64,000 nt of DNA from Longimicrobiales bacterium. GTDB taxonomy: Bacteria > Gemmatimonadota > Gemmatimonadetes > Longimicrobiales > Gaopeijiaceae. The position numbers and the translations under genes are program-made. The notes beneath the pieces are model-generated. The model was not told where the DNA came from and did no database searches. It saw nothing but the letters and a program-made list of their open reading frames with translations. The stretch covers positions 96,001 to 160,000 of the forward strand of contig CBDFIQ010000002.1 of assembly GCA_965248195.1 (NCBI GenBank), given 5' to 3'. Below, one piece after another: positions 1 to 9,091 of the stretch; positions within the stretch are counted from its first letter, which is position 1; each line of letters begins with the position of its first letter.

Positions 1-464
1 AAAAACTCGAGCGTGAGCTCCTCGATCTTCAGGAAGGATCGGGCGAGCCCCGCCCCCAGGACGATGAAATTCTTCCGCAATTGGAAGGGTTTCCTCCAAA
101 ACCGACGCAGGCTCCTCCCAACGGTTCCCTCATAACGGTGCCAAACGTCCCCCCGGGTCGCCCAGTGGTACTGGGACACCACCAGATCCCAGGGATTGCG
201 AATGACGGCGAACTTGAAATAGTCATCCCATAACTCTCGACCGAGGCGCCTTCGGACCGGGATCAGGCCTGAGTGACGGTCGTAACCTCGCCATCTCGTT
301 CCTGGGTGTTCGTACTGGTCCTCGTCCCATTTGGGGTTGAACGCACCGATCGGAGTGACGATGTCGCCGTCTCGACAGTGCTGAGCGAGTGCTACTTCCA
401 CGCTGGTCCCGGCGACTTTCCGGGCCTTGAGGTATATGAATTTATGGCGATGAGAAATGATCAT
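1..464 (-). CDS. Sulfotransferase family 2 (Sulfotransfer_2-like) protein, 3' end runs off the window
   Basis: Not in ORF track. Manual translation from ATG at 464 stays open to position 1: MIISHRHKFIYLKARKVAGTSVE (5'-PSB PAPS-binding motif) ... WDDYFKFAVIRNPWDLVVSQY (3'-PB motif). Confidence 0.85.
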   Translation of the reverse strand, partial: MIISHRHKFIYLKARKVAGTSVEVALAQHCRDGDIVTPIGAFNPKWDEDQYEHPGTRWRGYDRHSGLIPVRRRLGRELWDDYFKFAVIRNPWDLVVSQYHWATRGDVWHRYEGTVGRSLRRFWRKPFQLRKNFIVLGAGLARSFLKIEELTLEF

Positions 465-584
465 GGATGGATTGCGAACGAGAGCCCACCTCGGTCAGCG
501 GATGTTGCAGTTCCCTTGGGAGAATAGCAAACTGGTCAACCATGATGGTCCTGTCGGCGTCCATGCTCGTCTCGCGAACGTGAG

Positions 585-1526
585 ATGACCTCGCCACGTG
601 ACGTGACCCCGGGAGGGCCTGCCGTCGACCTCGTGTACACTTGGGTCGACGGGGACGACGCGCAGCTTCGGGCCGACATAAAACAATACGCCTCTGGTTC
701 GAAGCATCTCAACCCTGAGCGGATGCGCGATCCGTATGATCTGCTCCGCTATAGTCTCCGGTCGGCGGACATGTTCGCGCCCTGGATCAGAAATGTCCAC
801 ATCATTACGCGTCGCCCGCAGGTCCCGAGGTGGCTCGACACGAACAATCCACGGATGCACGTCGTTCACCACGACGAACTGAGTGGCTTTGGACCCTATC
901 TACCGACGTTCAACTCGACCGTCATCGAAAGCTTCGTCCATGCCGTCCCCGGTCTCTCAGACCACTTCCTCTATCTAAATGACGATTTTCTTTTCGGGGC
1001 CCCGTCAGTACGGGAGGACTTCTTGACGACCACCGGAAAGCACAAGGTCTTCGGAACGTATTTCGGCATCTGGCTTCCTTTCCGGATCTATCGAAAACGA
1101 TGGAAATTCTACAACAACGGCCACATCGAGCACTGTCCCAGGTTCATCTATCGACCGTTTTGGGAAGCCATGTTGGAGGCCCATGGCAAGGCGCTGCACC
1201 GGACGCGCAGCAACCGCTTCCGGGCTGGATCAGATCTACGCATGGATCGACTCTACCGAATGTGGATGCTCGGGCCGAGGAGGCGGGACTCCGAGCCGGT
1301 GAAGGCTCGCGATCTGCTTCGGTACCACCGCTTTCACCGGATCGATAACAACCGCAAGAGGCAGGACCGCCGTCTGGACGCCCTCGTAAGGATGCGGCCC
1401 AAGTTCTATTGTCTCAACGATGACCAGGGAGCAAATCCCGATGCCTGGGTCTGCGACCGCGTGCAGGGGTTCCTGGACGCCTATTACCCCGACGCGTCCG
1501 AGTTCGAGCGGCGGGCAACACCGTGA
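585..1526 (+). CDS. Stealth-family hexose-1-phosphate transferase
   Basis: CR1 VDLVYTWVDGDD; CR2 LRYSLRS..APWIRNVHI..LPTFNS..IE..PGLSDHFLYLNDDF; CR4 FYCLNDD. Confidence 0.9.
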   Translation: MTSPRDVTPGGPAVDLVYTWVDGDDAQLRADIKQYASGSKHLNPERMRDPYDLLRYSLRSADMFAPWIRNVHIITRRPQVPRWLDTNNPRMHVVHHDELSGFGPYLPTFNSTVIESFVHAVPGLSDHFLYLNDDFLFGAPSVREDFLTTTGKHKVFGTYFGIWLPFRIYRKRWKFYNNGHIEHCPRFIYRPFWEAMLEAHGKALHRTRSNRFRAGSDLRMDRLYRMWMLGPRRRDSEPVKARDLLRYHRFHRIDNNRKRQDRRLDALVRMRPKFYCLNDDQGANPDAWVCDRVQGFLDAYYPDASEFERRATP

Positions 1527-2278
1527 GCGTCAGCGCGGTCATCCTGAACTGGAATCGGCCGTTATGGTTACGCCGTGTGATCCTGCCCTTGCTCGCTCGG
1601 CATCCTCTCGTCGACGAGATTCACGTTTCTCACGGCCGTGAGCGGACGTGCTTCTCGTTCGAGAGCCCACGCTGTGAGATCGTCCACCGTCACGACTGGG
1701 ATCTCGACGATCGTTATGGGCTCGCTTTGCGTTTTGTGGCAGCGAGGGAAGTAGAGAACGACGCGGTTTTGATCCTCGACGACGACTTGGTCGTAGCCGG
1801 GCGCTCGATCACGCATCTCAAGGCTTCCTTCGACGCAGCGCCCCATACGCTACACGGGATCTTCGGACGTCGTATCAGCCCGGCCTACGAATACTCCTAC
1901 GACGGATACGAGCAGGGTGAGACACCGCTCGTACTGACTCGCTGCCTCATGATGCACCGTTCCTACGCGGACGTATTCCTCGAAGCGGAGCCATCCGCAG
2001 CCGGGCTCATCGCCCGGGGCGTACCCAAGTGGAACGGGGAGGACATCTTCCTTTCGCTTCTGTCGATTCGGAGGACAGGCACCCTGCCCCGTGCCTACGA
2101 TCTTCCCTACAAGAATGTCTGGGGAAGGCGTCGCGGCAGCGTCTCAACGACGAAGGTGCCCCCTGGTGAGGGGGAGAAGATGGCCCACAAGGCCTACCGT
2201 TCCTGGTTCACGGGTGAGGCCATCGAACTGCTCGGGGTCCAGACCCAGATCGACGGTTACCTGGGGAGGACTGGCTGA
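1523..2278 (+). CDS. GT-A glycosyltransferase, GT64 (EXTL2/exostosin C-terminal)-like
   Basis: N-terminal VILNWNRP, AVLILDDD (DxD), NGEDIFLS resembling the GT64 NCEDI motif; GTGA overlap with the Stealth gene. Confidence 0.7.
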   Translation: MSVSAVILNWNRPLWLRRVILPLLARHPLVDEIHVSHGRERTCFSFESPRCEIVHRHDWDLDDRYGLALRFVAAREVENDAVLILDDDLVVAGRSITHLKASFDAAPHTLHGIFGRRISPAYEYSYDGYEQGETPLVLTRCLMMHRSYADVFLEAEPSAAGLIARGVPKWNGEDIFLSLLSIRRTGTLPRAYDLPYKNVWGRRRGSVSTTKVPPGEGEKMAHKAYRSWFTGEAIELLGVQTQIDGYLGRTG

Positions 2279-2282
2279 GGGG

Positions 2283-3971
2283 TCAGGGCTCGCCCTGCCG
2301 GAATTCGAACGTGAGCCCAAGTCGCAAGAGGAAGGAGAAGCGTCCCTCCCTCGACCCGTCCACATGGCCTGCATTGGAGATGAAGCTTCGTCCCATGTCC
2401 CACTCCAGGAAGAACTCGCTGCGGGGCTGATACCGCCCCTGCAGCGCCACACGCTTGGTGGTCTCCTTTACCCCGATGAAGATCCCGGGTAGGGCCAAAA
2501 ATTCATCCAGCGGCGGAAAGGGAATGCGGTAATCACCCTCCCCCGTGCGCTGAAACTGAAACACGGGTGAAAGGCGGAGACCCTCAACGGAGGGATACAG
2601 GTCGGCCCGCAAGGTGAGACGGTCGTAGTCTGACCACGGGTCGCCCAGCCCCCGGTCGAGGTGCGTCCAAATTTCTGTTAGGACACCTGAACGGTACGAC
2701 AACGCGGAAACTCTGCGGTAGTCGAAGCCGAGCTCGAGGCGATCGGATACACCGAGGTAACGTCCACCCAGGCTCAGCTGAAACGAGGTCGCCTCGATGG
2801 GGCGGTCCACCTGCCCGGTGCGCGGGTTGAGGTCGAAATCGTCGAGGGTGAACTCGCCGTAGAGCGTTACCTGCCCCACCCGTGACCAGAACATCCCGTT
2901 GAACATCAGGTTTCCCGAGATCTCCGTCCGCTTATTGTTGGCGTTGTGGTCGAAGAAGATCAACTCCAGCGGGTTGAAAAGCCTTAACACCGCACTCTCA
3001 CCCGAGTATAGAGCGGCCTCACCGAGCGACACCCAAAAATTGCCGCGGCGGTAGTCGAGCCGATTGCCGACGATGTAGCGCTGTCGCCCGTCGACCGACT
3101 CCAACTCGCCGGCCATGAAGCGGAAGCTGAGGGCTCCCCGCCCCAGGTCGAGTCCGACCTGGGGATAGGTAGTGGCATTGTCCCCGATCATCATGCCCGT
3201 CTGGCCGATGGGCCCCCAGTTCCGTTTGAATCGGCCGACCCAGATGTTGCCCCACGGGTAGGCCAAGGTCAGGTAGGCGTTGTCCGTGCGCCCTAGGGCC
3301 TTGAAACCTCCTGGATTCTGGCCGTCCGGATCTCCGTGCTTCTTATAAAACCAGGTGTCCCAGAAGAGCCTCGTCTCCACAGCGACGTTATGGGTTTCCA
3401 GCCAGAGACCGCCTGCCCAGGACCACCAGGCGCGATCATTAAACCCTTCATTTTCGGAGGTGCGGAAAGGCATCAAGGGATCACGGCGTCGGCTGTCCGC
3501 ACCGGTACGCCCATGAAGGAACTGGAAGCCCACTCGCTGCCTAGACGCCTCATCCTCCGATTCCGAGAGGCGCCTGAACTCAGGGGCGAGTTCGCGCATC
3601 AGCATACGGACCCAGCCGGCGGCCGGCGCTTTTAGCGAATCCGGTTCGACGCCGAGCAGCTCCATTGCGACATCGATCCTGCGATAGGGCTGTGCTAGCG
3701 GATTCAGGCCCGGCAGGTACCCTCTGCTCCGGAGCCGTTCGATGTTTTCGTACGTCCACGAGTCTAGCGAAAGGATGCGTGATCCCATGCGGCCCGGGTC
3801 TTGGGCGGACGCGCGAGGGGGAGCCCAAAGCTCGGGACCCAGCAACACCATGCCAATGAGCATCGAGCGCAGGGTGAACCCTACGGCGCCGGATACCACG
3901 ATGATGCGCTCTGCCGGGCCGGGTGCCGCCATGCTGGCCTCCACTGATATCGGACTCATGCTGCTCTTCAC
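2283..3971 (-). CDS. Wzi-like capsule assembly / outer-membrane beta-barrel protein
   Basis: Signal-like N-terminus, GRFKRNWGP motif, many amphipathic strands, LGLTFEF near C-terminus; exact start uncertain. Confidence 0.6.
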   Translation of the reverse strand: MKSSMSPISVEASMAAPGPAERIIVVSGAVGFTLRSMLIGMVLLGPELWAPPRASAQDPGRMGSRILSLDSWTYENIERLRSRGYLPGLNPLAQPYRRIDVAMELLGVEPDSLKAPAAGWVRMLMRELAPEFRRLSESEDEASRQRVGFQFLHGRTGADSRRRDPLMPFRTSENEGFNDRAWWSWAGGLWLETHNVAVETRLFWDTWFYKKHGDPDGQNPGGFKALGRTDNAYLTLAYPWGNIWVGRFKRNWGPIGQTGMMIGDNATTYPQVGLDLGRGALSFRFMAGELESVDGRQRYIVGNRLDYRRGNFWVSLGEAALYSGESAVLRLFNPLELIFFDHNANNKRTEISGNLMFNGMFWSRVGQVTLYGEFTLDDFDLNPRTGQVDRPIEATSFQLSLGGRYLGVSDRLELGFDYRRVSALSYRSGVLTEIWTHLDRGLGDPWSDYDRLTLRADLYPSVEGLRLSPVFQFQRTGEGDYRIPFPPLDEFLALPGIFIGVKETTKRVALQGRYQPRSEFFLEWDMGRSFISNAGHVDGSREGRFSFLLRLGLTFEFRQGEP

Positions 3972-4037
3972 GAGCGAGAGTCGCCTAGGTTAACCGAGGC
4001 GAATGGCCGTCTCAAGGCAGATCGATCCGGCGATGGG

Positions 4038-5891
4038 TCAAGCTCCCACGGGTGCGTCCGTCTCGGATTGGGCCCGATAGAGTTGGTGAAAAGCACCACG
4101 CCGCTCGATCAACTCACTCCAAGTGCCGCTCTCGACGATGCGACCACCCTCGAATACGAGGATGAGGTCCGCGTCCCGAATGGTGGACAGTCTGTGTGCG
4201 ATGACGATGAGCGTATGTCCCGTCAGCCGCCGCTTGATCGCGTCAGCCACACCCTGCTCGATCACGCTGTCTAGTGCCGAGGTCGCTTCGTCTAGAATCA
4301 CTATGTCCGGATTTCGCAAGAGAGCTCGAGCGAGTGCGATGCGCTGCCGCTGTCCGCCGGAAAGACGCACGCCCCTGTCACCCACCTCCGTGTCGAGACC
4401 GTTCGGAAGGTCCTCGAGAAAGCCGTCGAGCGCGACGTCGGAGAGGGCCCGGACCAACTCCCCGTCCGGCACCGTCCTCTCGAGACCAAACGTGAGATTG
4501 TCGCGCAAAGACCTGTTCAATAGCCAGACATCCTGGCTGACGATGGCCATGCGGGCATGCAGCGACGGGAGGGAGTACTCCCGGACGTCGGTACCATCCA
4601 GAAGGATCGTGCCGGGATCACAATCGTAGAAGCGTGCAAGGAGATCGACGAACGTCGTCTTGCCGGCTCCACTCGAGCCCACGATAGCGGTGACTTTACC
4701 GGCGCGGATGGTCGTATTCAGGTCATGCAGAGCCTCCGTCGCGCCTGCGTAGCGGAAGTAGAGCTTTGAGACCTCGATCTCGTGCTCGAGCCCGCCGAAG
4801 GTCTTGTCGCCGGAGGGCACGATGAACTTGCCCTCATCGGAAAAGAGCCCTGCCACGGCTTCCAAACGAGGAAGTTCCTCGAAGACTCGGACGCCAAAAC
4901 GGCTGATCAGCTTGTAGTCGCGAAGTGCTTGCTGAAGCACGATCAGAAAAGCGCCGAAAACCGCCAAGTCCGCCGGGCGAAAATCCCCGGTCGCATAGAT
5001 GAACACGCCCTGTACCAGGAGCATCGCCAGGAGGATGGTGATTTCCTCGATGGGATAGCGAATTCCGATCGCCCGTTCGCGCCGCACGGCCACGCTCTCG
5101 CCTTGGCGGAGGACCCCCTCGTACATACCCGATGCGGTCTCTTCCTGCGAGTACGCCTTTATGAGCGGAATGGCGCCCAAGAGATCGAGGATTTGTGCGC
5201 GTATCTGTCGGTCTACCTCGACCCCCTCCTCCGAAATGCGCTTCACGGCCCGATTCACTGCGGCCACCAGACGTTGCACCAACGGCAGCGTCACGATGAA
5301 GGCGATGGAGAGCGGGATCGAGATCGCCATCATCACGGCGGCCTTCACCAGCAGTGAGACCACATAACGGAAGAGCTCCTGAGCCGCGATCAGCAGTCCG
5401 AGCACGGAGCTGGACCAACCGATTTCCGCATCGATTCTGCCAATCGCCTGGCCGTCGAAGTACTGTCGACCGAACGCGAGCACTCTGCCGAACGTCTCCT
5501 TGCCGACCTTTACCCGGTACCGTTCGTTGCGCGCCGTCGCGATGATCCGCGACACATATTGGAGCCCCTGCTTCCCGACACGTCCGAGAATCATCAGGAC
5601 GGCGAGGCAGAGCACGAGGTAGGCGTCTCTCGCGGAGGGGTCCAGTCCCTCCGGGACGAGCCGGAGGATCCACCCGAAGGCTCTCGACTCCTCGAGGAAG
5701 TCGAAGGAGTTCTCCACCACCGCGTCCTTGAGCGGGATGAGAAGTGAGAACGAGACCCCTTCGAAAGCGCTCGCGACCAGGATCAAGCCCATAGGTAGCG
5801 CCAGGTGCCACGCCTTGACCTCAGCCACCCGCCAGTAGTGGCGGAGGACGCCGATCGGCGTCGCTCGTGTCCCTTTTTCCGTTGCCGTCAT
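4038..5891 (-). CDS. ABC exporter, fused permease/ATPase (MsbA/HepA-like)
   Basis: N-terminal TM helices, Walker A GSSGAGKT, signature LSGGQRQR, Walker B ILDEATSALD, IAHRLST; ATG at 5891 chosen within the 4038..5957 ORF. Confidence 0.92.
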   Translation of the reverse strand: MTATEKGTRATPIGVLRHYWRVAEVKAWHLALPMGLILVASAFEGVSFSLLIPLKDAVVENSFDFLEESRAFGWILRLVPEGLDPSARDAYLVLCLAVLMILGRVGKQGLQYVSRIIATARNERYRVKVGKETFGRVLAFGRQYFDGQAIGRIDAEIGWSSSVLGLLIAAQELFRYVVSLLVKAAVMMAISIPLSIAFIVTLPLVQRLVAAVNRAVKRISEEGVEVDRQIRAQILDLLGAIPLIKAYSQEETASGMYEGVLRQGESVAVRRERAIGIRYPIEEITILLAMLLVQGVFIYATGDFRPADLAVFGAFLIVLQQALRDYKLISRFGVRVFEELPRLEAVAGLFSDEGKFIVPSGDKTFGGLEHEIEVSKLYFRYAGATEALHDLNTTIRAGKVTAIVGSSGAGKTTFVDLLARFYDCDPGTILLDGTDVREYSLPSLHARMAIVSQDVWLLNRSLRDNLTFGLERTVPDGELVRALSDVALDGFLEDLPNGLDTEVGDRGVRLSGGQRQRIALARALLRNPDIVILDEATSALDSVIEQGVADAIKRRLTGHTLIVIAHRLSTIRDADLILVFEGGRIVESGTWSELIERRGAFHQLYRAQSETDAPVGA

Positions 5892-6105
5892 CCGGTCGTC
5901 GGCCTTCTGCTGGAACTTTAGGGTATCGGATTGCCTCCCTGCGGTTGAGTATAGCACTGGCCGGGGGCGTGAACGACCGGGCTCGGGCCTTGGACGGCAC
6001 GTCGGCCTTGACGTTGCCTCACGGCGCGGTGTCTTTCAGATTCCCAGCGGACCGATTTCCAGCACCCTATGAACCAGAGGGGCGTGTGGGACCTCCTGTA
6101 CCATC

Positions 6106-7059
6106 GTGAGGGATGGCATGATTGACGAGGGCGACCGGGGGCACCCGAAGGTCTTCTGTGTAGGCTTCAACAAGACCGGCACGGTTACGCTGCACAGAAT
6201 TTTCTGCGATCAGCTCTCCTATCGCTCCGCCCATAAGCCCTTGTGGACAGACTGGTCGGTCAGCAGGAATCGGAACCAACTCGACCAATTCGATGCGTTC
6301 TCCGATGGCGGTTGCGCCTCGATCAAGAATCTCGACGAACTCTATCCCGAGGCTCTCTTCATCCTCAACACAAGACCGCTGAAGCACTGGGTGCTGAGCC
6401 GACACAAAGCGGTCGAGCGATCCCGTAGAGCCGTCGGTTGGGCCCTCACCAAGTACGTTCCGCTGGGATTTGTTGCCTGGATCATCAATCGGTGGGTCCT
6501 CGATAACCGAGAGGGAGCGGTTAAGCGTTGGATTCGGATCCGGAACTCATATCACGAACACGTGATGGCTTATTTTGGGGATCGGAACGGAAAACTTCTG
6601 GTGGTGAATATCGAGAACGCCGACTTCGCGGAGCAGTTGGCACGATTCCTCGGGACCGAGACCTCCATCGCTCCGACCGTGGAGAATCGTGACGGAAGCG
6701 GCTCGACGACCCGAGCCATTCTCGAAACCATCGGCGAGAAGATGGGAACGCGTACGAGCGAAAGGGAAGTGGATGCGTTCTTCTCGTCGCATTCTTTGAA
6801 CCAGCACGGCGACAATCTCACGTTTTTCACATCGCCCTCGTTTCACTTGTCCCGAAGCGCTTCAGACTACTTGCTGATTCTTCTGCCCTTCTTGAGGCCT
6901 GTGTTTCGATGGATCTACACCAAGCTCGTAGCGGTTAGATCGAGGGCTCTCAGCTTCCTGGCGAAGTGGCTGATCGATTTTCTCATCCGATTCTTCCGGA
7001 GCGAATCGGACATGCACTATTTCACGTCGGTTCGGCGACTCGCCAGCGCCTCGAAGTGA
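6106..7059 (+). CDS. Sulfotransferase-family (P-loop fold) protein
   Basis: KVFCVGFNKTGTVTL (5'-PSB motif), YPEALFILNTR..W..S (3'-PB), HVMAYFGDR..KLLVVNI; hydrophobic C-terminal segment. Confidence 0.75.
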   Translation: MRDGMIDEGDRGHPKVFCVGFNKTGTVTLHRIFCDQLSYRSAHKPLWTDWSVSRNRNQLDQFDAFSDGGCASIKNLDELYPEALFILNTRPLKHWVLSRHKAVERSRRAVGWALTKYVPLGFVAWIINRWVLDNREGAVKRWIRIRNSYHEHVMAYFGDRNGKLLVVNIENADFAEQLARFLGTETSIAPTVENRDGSGSTTRAILETIGEKMGTRTSEREVDAFFSSHSLNQHGDNLTFFTSPSFHLSRSASDYLLILLPFLRPVFRWIYTKLVAVRSRALSFLAKWLIDFLIRFFRSESDMHYFTSVRRLASASK

Positions 7060-8234
7060 GCCTGTCTCTCGAGATCACCCAGGTGGAGGGCCGGCGCGGT
7101 ACGTCCCGTTTTGTGGACGCCGCCTGGAGAGTCCACGACCAAGCCGCCTCGTCGGGCTGGATCCCGCCACTTCGTGCCGTCGTGAGGGATGGTCTTGATC
7201 GGGGGGGAAATCCCTTCTACCAGCAGGCGGACCGGGCGCTCTTCATCGCGAAGCGTAATGGCCGGGCCGTCGGGAGGGTAGCGGCGATCGAGAACCGAAG
7301 GCACAACGACCATCACGATGATCGCGTCGGCTTCTTCGGTTTCTTCGACTGTCGTGACGATCAAGAGGCCGCGAGCGGGCTTTTCGAGCGGGCGGAGGCG
7401 TGGCTCCGAGATAGAGGACTGAATTCAGTGCGTGGTCCCGTGAGCCCGTCGATGAACCATGAGTGCGGTGTGCTCATTGACGGGTTCGACTTTCCGCCGG
7501 TGATCATGACGCCCTGGAACCCATCGTATTACGGTCCGTTGATCGAACGGGCGGGTTATGATCGTGCCCGAGACCTGCTCGGGTATCATTTGCCCGCCGC
7601 CGAGGAATCGGCTGTTCCGGATCGGTTGCGCCGGCTTGCCGAGCGAACCCGTCGGAGGACCCGCCTCGTTTTCCGCGAATGGGATTTCGGCACAATGGAA
7701 GAGGAGGTGAGAAACGCCTTCGACCTTTACTGCGACGCATGGGAAGGCAACTGGGGCTTTGTCCCCCCGTCCTGGGAGGAGTTCTGGCACATCGCGAAAG
7801 ACCTGAAGTCCGTCCTGCATCCGGATTTCGCCTTCGTAGCGGAGCTAGACGGCAAAACCGTCGGGTTCCTCATGATCGCACGCGACATGAACCGAGTACT
7901 TTCTCGGATTCCGTCGGGACGGCTCTGGCCGTGGAGTATCGCCAGGCTCCTCATCGGCCTTCCCAAAGTCCTCAACGGGCGGATCGTCCTCCTGGGCCTC
8001 AGGCGAGAATACCAGAACCGGGGATTTTTCCCGCTCTTTGTCCTCGAGATGGCCCGCCGCGCGATCAAGATTGGGGCCGAGGGGGCTGAAGCGTCGTGGA
8101 TTCTCGAGGACAACGAGTCGCTGATCGCACCACTCAAGGGACTGGATCTGGATCCCTATAAGCGGTGGCGTATCTACGAGAAGTCCCTGGGTCCCCCCAG
8201 CGCCGCTCACTCCGCTGCTCCAACAGGCCTCTAG
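7056..8234 (+). CDS. YghO-like GNAT acyltransferase, putative bacterial ceramide synthase (bCerS)
   Basis: NPFY..ALFIA..GRAVGRVAA..HN..VGFFGFFD..WL..G..VRGP..N.E.G.L..GFD.PP.IMTPWNP.YY, SWILEDN, YKRWRIYEK. GTG at 7056 overlaps the upstream stop; lies near spt. Confidence 0.75.
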   Translation: MSLSLEITQVEGRRGTSRFVDAAWRVHDQAASSGWIPPLRAVVRDGLDRGGNPFYQQADRALFIAKRNGRAVGRVAAIENRRHNDHHDDRVGFFGFFDCRDDQEAASGLFERAEAWLRDRGLNSVRGPVSPSMNHECGVLIDGFDFPPVIMTPWNPSYYGPLIERAGYDRARDLLGYHLPAAEESAVPDRLRRLAERTRRRTRLVFREWDFGTMEEEVRNAFDLYCDAWEGNWGFVPPSWEEFWHIAKDLKSVLHPDFAFVAELDGKTVGFLMIARDMNRVLSRIPSGRLWPWSIARLLIGLPKVLNGRIVLLGLRREYQNRGFFPLFVLEMARRAIKIGAEGAEASWILEDNESLIAPLKGLDLDPYKRWRIYEKSLGPPSAAHSAAPTGL

Positions 8235-8244
8235 GCCCCGTGCC

Positions 8245-8940
8245 ATGATTCCGCGCGTGATTCACCAGACCTGGAAGGACCGTGACGTCCCGGAGCGGTT
8301 TCTCGCTGCGCAGCGCAGCTGGCAGGAGACACACCCCGACTGGGAGTACCGCTTCTGGACCGACGTGGACCTCGCAGTCCTGGTGCGGGAGCGGGCGCCC
8401 GAGCTGGTCCCCGTCTATGAGCGGTACCCCGAGGCCATTCAGCGGGTCGATGCCGCGCGTTATGTGATTCTCAGAGAATTTGGAGGGGTCTACGCGGACC
8501 TGGACTTGGTATGCCTCCGCCCGATCGACGCACTCCTCGACGCCGAGGTGGTGCTTCCGCGAACGACACCCTTCGGTGTTTCGAATCAGTTCATGCTTTC
8601 CGTGAAAGGACATTCACTGTTCTGCCATGCGGTGGCCTCCCTGCCGCGGGCCTACGCGAAGTGGGGCAGGGCGTGGCCGCGCCACGTGCGGGTCCTCACT
8701 ACGGCGGGCCCTCTCTTCCTGACTGGGCGATTGCGAGAGCACGGAACCAATGCAGGGATGCGAATCCTCACACTGGACGAGCACGGACACGGTGACCCGG
8801 AGGTCGCCTACGTGGGCCACCTTCGCGGCAATACCTGGGCGGCTTGGGACACTCACGTGATCAACTTCTTCCACGACAACTGGAAGTGGCTCGCGGCGGG
8901 TGCCGCGGTCTCGGCCGTGCTGTTGCGAACCCTCGTTTGA
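8245..8940 (+). CDS. GT32 glycosyltransferase (Och1/Sur1-Csg1-like) with C-terminal membrane anchor
   Basis: IPRVIHQTWK, HPDWEYRFWTD, IQRVDAARY..FGGVYADLD (DxD), TPFGVSN, TAGPLFLT, C-terminal hydrophobic helix. Confidence 0.88.
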   Translation: MIPRVIHQTWKDRDVPERFLAAQRSWQETHPDWEYRFWTDVDLAVLVRERAPELVPVYERYPEAIQRVDAARYVILREFGGVYADLDLVCLRPIDALLDAEVVLPRTTPFGVSNQFMLSVKGHSLFCHAVASLPRAYAKWGRAWPRHVRVLTTAGPLFLTGRLREHGTNAGMRILTLDEHGHGDPEVAYVGHLRGNTWAAWDTHVINFFHDNWKWLAAGAAVSAVLLRTLV

Positions 8941-8972
8941 GCGCCGGCCGCGTTGCCGCTTGCCATGAAAGA

Positions 8973-9002
8973 TTGACGACAGGCGATCCGCGACCCTAAG
9001 CT
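8973..9002 (+). promoter_or_regulatory. Possible sigma70-type promoter upstream of spt
   Basis: TTGACG (8973-8978), 18-nt spacer, TAAGCT (8997-9002) in the intergenic gap. Confidence 0.35.
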
Positions 9003-9091
9003 CCTCGGACGAACCCCACCCTCTGCCTCGTCACATATGATTCGCCTAAATCGTTCTTTCTTCGGGTATTCGATCGACCGCCGGATCCAAG

